NCBI GenBank assembly: GCA_964016885.1
Contig: OZ024746.1
Location: forward strand, 83,142,001-83,206,000
From: Eledone cirrhosa
Taxonomy: Eukaryota
DNA: 64,000 bases
Reading direction: 5' to 3'
Position 1 is the first letter of the stretch. Every line of letters begins with the position of its first letter. Below, piece by piece: positions 57,052-64,000 of the stretch. The notes beneath the pieces were generated by a model, which was not told the DNA's origin, ran no database searches, and saw only the letters and a program-made list of their open reading frames with translations. The translations under genes and the position numbers were made by a program.

Positions 57052-57656
57052 ATGTCAGGTCACCAGTTGGTGCTACTGGTAACATGTATCCCAGTACAAC
57101 CTGTCCCATGGTCGGGTCGTTGGCGACTAAACTGGCAACCCCACCAAGGTTTCTTGGTGAGGAGGGTGACTTTGGACATCCTGCAGGACTAAAAACAAAA
57201 CCTGGCAAAGGAGCTCTTAAGAGTCAATGGCCATCCAAAATCACCGGGAGAGATGACCCCTTAGCTTTTGTCAAGGCAGAATTCTAGGAGAAGGAAAACT
57301 CTGATATAACACCTGCAACCCTGATGGTATCCAATGATGTTGACTTATTCTTCTTTTTGGTAAATATCATCTTGGGTTAAGAGAGTGGGACTGGCTTTGT
57401 GCAGTACCTTTGCTCACTATAAAAGCTTCACGGCACAGGCATTGCTTTATATCTGGAGATCTCTCTACACTTGTCGTCACATGGTACCAAGGGCCCAACA
57501 CTATGTGTCAATAATTGTCACAGGTGTAGTGTTTGTACCAGAGTTTTCAAGTCGCTGGCTGGACTAAAAGTCACACTTGTTTAGCGCATCGGTAGGGGTT
57601 CTCCTACATGGATATAAAGTAGTGGCCGTACTCGAAAACGAGTTGGCAGCCACCAT
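57052..57656 (+). mobile_element. Non-autonomous bipartite RTE-derived retroposon, copy 2
   Basis: Reverse complement of copy 1 with scattered substitutions; (TATG)n on both sides. Confidence 0.8.
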
Positions 57657-57759
57657 GTATGTATGTATGTATGTATGTATGTATGTATGTATGTATGTAT
57701 GTATGTATGTATGCATGTATGTATGTATATATGTGCGAAGACATGGAAATACTTGGTTT

Positions 57760-57928
57760 GGTGAGACCGACCCCTAGATTTTGTTAGCAGACCACTCTAG
57801 AAGGAATACTTTTATGAAAAACCTCTGACACGACGGCAACCAATAATGTCGACCTGTTAATCTTTTTGGATACCTGTCACTGTTTTTCAGAGAGTGGAAT
57901 TGGTCCAGTGTAAAACTTTTCTTCACTT
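57760..57928 (+). mobile_element. Older diverged fragment of the same RTE-derived family
   Basis: gacccctag, ctagaaggaatact, ccaataatgtcgacct, tctttttgg and agagagtgg are collinear with 57250-57420. Confidence 0.55.
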
Positions 57929-58080
57929 ACGTTCAGAGCTCAAATCCCACCGAGGTTAGGTTTGCCTTTCATTCTTACACGGTCGATGAAATAAAGTACC
58001 AGTAATGCACTGAGGTCGATTTAATCTACTTTCCCCTACCTCAAAATTGTTGGCCTTGTTCCTAAATTAGAAACCATTAT
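57929..58080 (+). mobile_element. SINE family A, 3' part
   Basis: gagctcaaatcccaccgaggttag...gtaccagtaatgcactg...ggccttgttcctaaattagaaacc. Confidence 0.75.
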
Positions 58081-59044
58081 TATTATGTATATTCTCTTCC
58101 TCAAACTCATCTACATACACTGTCTCGTAAACAAAATAGCTTTTCATATCTCACCCAATGTTTCTTTCTTGTGTCTTCTATATATTTCTATTTACTTAAC
58201 CTCTCTTTAGCCTCGACTTCTACATCGTTGTTTTTCATTTATTGTAGAAAAGAAATTTTGTTTGTTGTTTGTTGTTTTTTGTTTTTGCTTTTGTTTTTGT
58301 TTTTGTGTTTGTATTTTTGAAGAGATGTTTGGGGAGGAGAAGAATCCAAAAGAAGATAGAATATTTTCTACCAATCACACTCTTTTCTTTTATTCTCTTC
58401 TATCTCAACTGTGTTTCTTTGCTTATTATAATATTTTGTCTTGTTTCGATCTCATCACATAAATAACCCCACCAACACCATTAGACAAAGATAAAAATCA
58501 CATCTCTATTTCTCCCTCTCCACCCCTATCTATCCGTATATTTCTTTATTTTGTTTTACTCTTCTGCTATCTACCCTCAATTTTCTTCCATCTTGTGACC
58601 AAATTACTAGAAAAAATAATAAAGACCCAACTATCTTCATTAAAGTGAGCCTGATATTGAGGCTTAAGAAGTTAGTTCAGCAATCATGTAACACTTTCAG
58701 CAAGTAGCCTCAGATTAACTCAATCATTGTAGATGAAATTTGGTGAACGGAAACTGTACAGATGCCCGTCAGATGGACTATACCTGTTCTTGTGTGGTAG
58801 GCTAAATCTATCACCCATTTTTGACCCGACCTTTTGGGTGTATTTACTGAAGACCATTCTGTCTCAAGCATTTGAAGGAAGGTTTAAATTCTAAGAATAA
58901 TTATGTGTCTTGATGTACTGTTCCTACGGCTTTAAACCTTCACAAACAATTTTTTAAAGGTCTTGCAAACGTCGGACCATCCGTCATAGTGATTGTATCA
59001 CTAGCTGAGTCGCCGCTGCATGAATTCTTTGTTTATATTTTGCT

Positions 59045-59255
59045 GCAACCGGGATGCCACTTGCACCGACACTTCCTGCAGTCGCAACCTGGTGCAGTCT
59101 GCGACTGACCCAGGTTCTGCTGCACGTCGGGCTGAGGGGTTCAAACTCCTCAAATACCGGTCGCTCTCCGACAGTTTTGCGGTCGTACCCCTGGTAGTTG
59201 AGACTTCTGGTGTCCTCAGCCCCAGGGCTACCTCCTTACTCACCACCATAGGCGC
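59045..59255 (+). mobile_element. CRE-like non-LTR retrotransposon C-terminal endonuclease fragment
   Basis: DATCTDT...GSAARRAEGFKLLKYRSLSDSFAVVPLVVETSGVLSP matches the D-x-T-C..AE..K..KY..P..ET.G pattern of CRE-type RLE domains. Confidence 0.7.
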
Positions 59256-59362
59256 TGTGTGTGTGCCCAAATATACACACACATACATACATATACACAT
59301 ACATACATACATACATACATACATACATACATACATACATACATACATACATACATACATAC

Positions 59363-59812
59363 ATGGTGGCTGCCAACTCGTTTTCGAGTACGGCCACTAC
59401 TTTATATCCATGTAGGAGAACCCCTACCGATGCGCTGAACGTGTGACTTTTTAGTCCAGCCAGCGACTTGAAAACTCTGGTACAAACACTACACTTGTGA
59501 CAATTATTGACACATAGTGCTGGGCCCATGGTACCATGTGATGACAAGTGCAGAGAGATCTCCAGATATAAAGCAATGCCTGTGCCGTGAAGCTTTTATA
59601 GTGAGCAAAGGCACTGCACAAAGCCAGTCCCACTCCCTTAACCAAGATGATATTTACCAAAAAGAAGAACAAGTCAACATCATTGGATACCATCAGGGTT
59701 GCAGGTGTTATATCAGAGTTTTCCTTCTCCTAGAATTCTGCCTTGACAAAGGCTAAGGGGTCATCTCTCCCGATGATTTTGGATGGCCATTGACTCTTAA
59801 GAGCTCCTTTGC
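59363..59812 (-). mobile_element. Non-autonomous bipartite RTE-derived retroposon, copy 3 (5'-truncated)
   Basis: Same 3' end as copies 1 and 2, lacks ~150 bp of the 5' end, with (CATA)n on both sides. The minus frame reads [19 protein letters not shown]. Confidence 0.8.
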
Positions 59813-60335
59813 ATACATACATACATACATACATACATACATGCATACATACATGCATACTTACAAGCATACATCCATCGATACATACATACATGCATAC
59901 ATACGTTCACACATGCATACATACATAAATACATACATGCATACACACCCACACACACACACATACATACATACATTCATACATACACACATACATACAT
60001 ACATACATACATACATACATACATACATACATACATACATGTGTGTATGTATGCATATCCTAGTTAATTTTTTTATATACCATTCTACCTCACTGTCCCT
60101 GCCGTCTTGTTTTCTGCCTGACCAAATCATTGAAGAAAGCAACAAAAAAATGAGATGACCAAACTGTCAACCCCACAACTTCACTCTTACCACGGTTATG
60201 TCACATAAACAAGGAATATCAAATAAAGAAAACAAGAAAATAATACAATATTTACAAAACTAACTTGTCTAACATTCGACTGTGGTATTTGCTTTATTCT
60301 TGACTTGTATGATTGTATATAAGCATAGAAGTAGG

Positions 60336-60483
<148 letters not shown>

Positions 60484-60835
60484 CGTGTGCGCGCGCGTGT
60501 GTGACAGAGAGAGTTTGTGTGTGTGTGTGTATGTGTGGATGTGTAATGTGTGTGTGTCTGTGTCTGTCTGTCTGTGAAGGACATCCGTAGATAAAAAGTC
60601 AAGGAAAGCAATGCTCAATCTATTGTAAGAGAGCTTATTTAGTATAAAATATATATAGTTTAAATAAAGTTTCATATACTTAACATGTATTGCACGACTT
60701 AGGTTTCGAGGTGTAGTTATAACCACCACTGTATAGCGGAGAAGCAGCTTCAATACTGCTCTCTCAGAAGGCGATATGACAAAATTACAATTTATTTTGT
60801 CTTAGCGCCCAATGAGAGGCCAATATATATATATT

Positions 60836-60983
<148 letters not shown>

Positions 60984-61062
60984 TGGGCGGGAGTGGACGG
61001 GAGAAAGAGAGACAGACCGAGAGAGAGGGTTGGGAAAGAGAGACAAACAGAGAGAGAGAGAA

Positions 61063-61139
<77 letters not shown>

Positions 61140-61284
61140 CATGTATCGTTTGAGAAACGCATATATAATATAAATAATATTCAGGAAAAAAATATACATA
61201 CTTAAGGTGGAAAAAACTATATTCCTGACAGTATTGATTCACAATTATTTGTATTATATATGTGTTATATATGTGTACATATAC

Positions 61285-61396
61285 GGATGAAAACCAAAGT
61301 TGACTTCGGCAGGATTTGAACTTAGAGCGTAGAGATCGAAAAGATATATCTCAGAGCCTTCTATCTGACGTTCTAGCGACATTACGACTTCTCGCT
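61285..61396 (-). mobile_element. SINE family A2, degenerate 5' part
   Basis: ggatgaaaaccaaagttgacttcggcaggatttgaac...ttctatctgacgttctagcgac. Confidence 0.6.
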
Positions 61397-61425
61397 TTAT
61401 TAACAACACAACAAAAACACAGAAT

Positions 61426-61460
<35 letters not shown>

Positions 61461-62242
61461 AAGAGACAGATGACATATAAAGAACAACAAATTATGCATA
61501 CTAGTGACACGTGATCAAACAATAGAGACAGACAGCCAACTGGGTTAAAAGTTTTCCAGAACACAACGTCAAGATGAAGGACACTTTTGATGTGTAAACA
61601 GTAAAATGGCTATTCGTTTGGTTATATTTTGTTTGTTAGTTGCTTCTTGAAGAGGAATGATTGTTATGGGGAAAGACTGTCTTTTCTGTATTGATTTGAT
61701 TGTTGTTACTCTTTTTTTAGTTTCTTCCATTTTTTCCTTTCCCAGTCCCCCAGCCCCCCGCATCAAGTTTTCTAGCGTCCCTTTTCTCTCTCACTCAATT
61801 TCTTGGTCTCTCTCTTCCTTTTTTAAATGCACACATACACATACACATACACATACACATACATACACCTTCATACATGCACACACATTCTCTCTCTCTC
61901 ACATACGCATTATATATATATATATATTAGCAAAAAACTGGGCGTAATTACATTATATATATTATATATTTATGTATACACACACACATATATATATATA
62001 TGTATGTATTGTGTATATACATATATATATATGTACGTGTGTGTATATATACATACATATTTTTTTCATTTTTTCTTTTGTTCCTTCTAATGATTTGTTT
62101 TTCAGATTTCTCTCTCCTTCTTGTTTTCTATTCTATTCCTTCTGACGATAGACTAACGTCCGAAACGTAAACATCTTCTACTGCTGTTGACCCTAAATAT
62201 GTATGTGTATATATACATATATATGTGTGTGTGTATATATAC

Positions 62243-62273
<31 letters not shown>

Positions 62274-62310
62274 CACGCGCGCGCACACACACACACGCAC
62301 ACACACACAC

Positions 62311-62384
<74 letters not shown>

Positions 62385-63254
62385 CATATATATATATATA
62401 TATAGGTAGGTAGTAGTCCGTGCTAGAATGTCTCAATAAATGTATGTGTATATATATATTTATTTGTACAGATACACACACACACAAGCAAACACACACA
62501 AACACATACACACCCGCACGGACTTACACACACATACAAACATACACGCACACATACACTCTCTCACAGACATATCCCTTCTCCTCTCCGGAACACAACA
62601 ATGGCGTGGCAATCACGGAAATATCAGTTAAAAGGCTAAAGGTCTCCAGGGACAGTACTGTTCATTCGTCACATGCGTTCTTGGTCGGCCTTTCAGGACA
62701 AATTGCGACGCAAACATTGCCATCTGACGACATCTTTGCAACACCAGAAAAGCTGTCAACAAAGTGATGTATCTATCTATCTTTCTTCTGTCTTCTTTCT
62801 TCTTTCTTCTTTCTACTGTCCTCTTATTTTTTTTCTGTCTTCTTCTTCTTCTTCTTCTTCTTCTTCTTCTTCTTCTTCTTCTTCTTCTTCTTCTTCTTCT
62901 TCTTCTTCTTCTTCTTCTTCTTCTTTTTTTTTTTTTTTTTTTTTCCTCTACTATTTTTTCATCTTATTCCTGTTTTCTTTTTGTTGTTGTTTTGTTATTA
63001 TGATGGCGTGGGTGCAATGGTAGTGATGATGGTGGTGATGGTGTTGTAGTGGTTGTTGTGGTGGTGGTGGTTATAGTGGTGGTTGTGGAGGAGGAGGAGG
63101 AAGAGGGGCGTTTTCGGTTTATTTGTTTATCCTATTTACTTCGACTCCAGGAGGAAAGAAAAAAAATGGCGGTCGTATACGCAGCAGGCAGACAGGCAAA
63201 CAGACAGACAGTCGAGCAGTCAGTCATGAAAGCTTGCAGCGAGAGGACTGGGAG

Positions 63255-63309
<55 letters not shown>

Positions 63310-63700
63310 AGAGAGAGAGAGAGAGAGGGGGGGGAGTGGGTCAGTGTTTGGGGTTTGGAGTATTTTTTATAGTGAGACATACAGATAGACGAGCGAGCAG
63401 ACGGACGCGCGGTCAGGCGGTCAGGCGGTCAGGCAGTCAGGCAGACAGATGGATAAACGACAAATGGTCTGAGCAACACCAGAAATAAACAATACATAAC
63501 CAAACAGCAAATATATCAACACATCAACGCCATAAACAACAACAGAATCAAGAATAGAAAGACAGTCAAACAATATTTGATGGTACTCCATGTTTTTGGT
63601 AAAGAGCTGGAGAGAGTGAGAGAAAGAAAGAGCTTGTTTGTGTACACGAAGGAAAGAAAAGAGAATAGTAAAGAACACATATACGTGAATGTATATACAC

Positions 63701-63800
<100 letters not shown>

Positions 63801-63902
63801 ATGTGTGTGTGTATGTGTGTAATTACATGTGTATGTAGATATGTGTTAAATATATATATATTTGTATATGTATATGTGTATATATTTATATGTGTATGTA
63901 AG

Positions 63903-63972
<70 letters not shown>

Positions 63973-64000
63973 GTGTATGTATATATAGAGAAAAATATAC

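Noticed and set aside
62570-62770. Unique, moderately GC-rich patch as an exon
   Set aside because: No convincing splice sites or recognisable protein. It could be regulatory, but that is unsupported.

Overview
AT-rich eukaryotic (animal) non-coding DNA, saturated with microsatellites and retroposon debris. The SINE sequences resemble those I recall from octopod cephalopods; this taxon call is from recognition and has not been searched. I found no host protein-coding exon, RNA gene or CRISPR array, and nearly all ORFs in the track are translations of simple repeats. The real protein remnants all come from transposons: (1) an uninterrupted, 5'-truncated R4/Dong-like non-LTR element inside a (TAA)n tract; (2) an older, internally inverted R4/Dong-like remnant; (3) an RTE (Rex3/Expander-like) fragment; (4) two CRE-like endonuclease fragments; (5) mariner remnants. 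There are at least four tRNA-derived SINE families and a tiny Tc1/mariner MITE. The most notable structures are a young, bipartite, non-autonomous RTE derivative (three copies, each inside (CATA)n), a 277-bp identical inverted copy of a SINE plus its unique flank 35 kb away, several long near-perfect hairpins, and an apparent partitioning of element families among different microsatellite types. I cannot claim a wholly new system; these are the best candidates.
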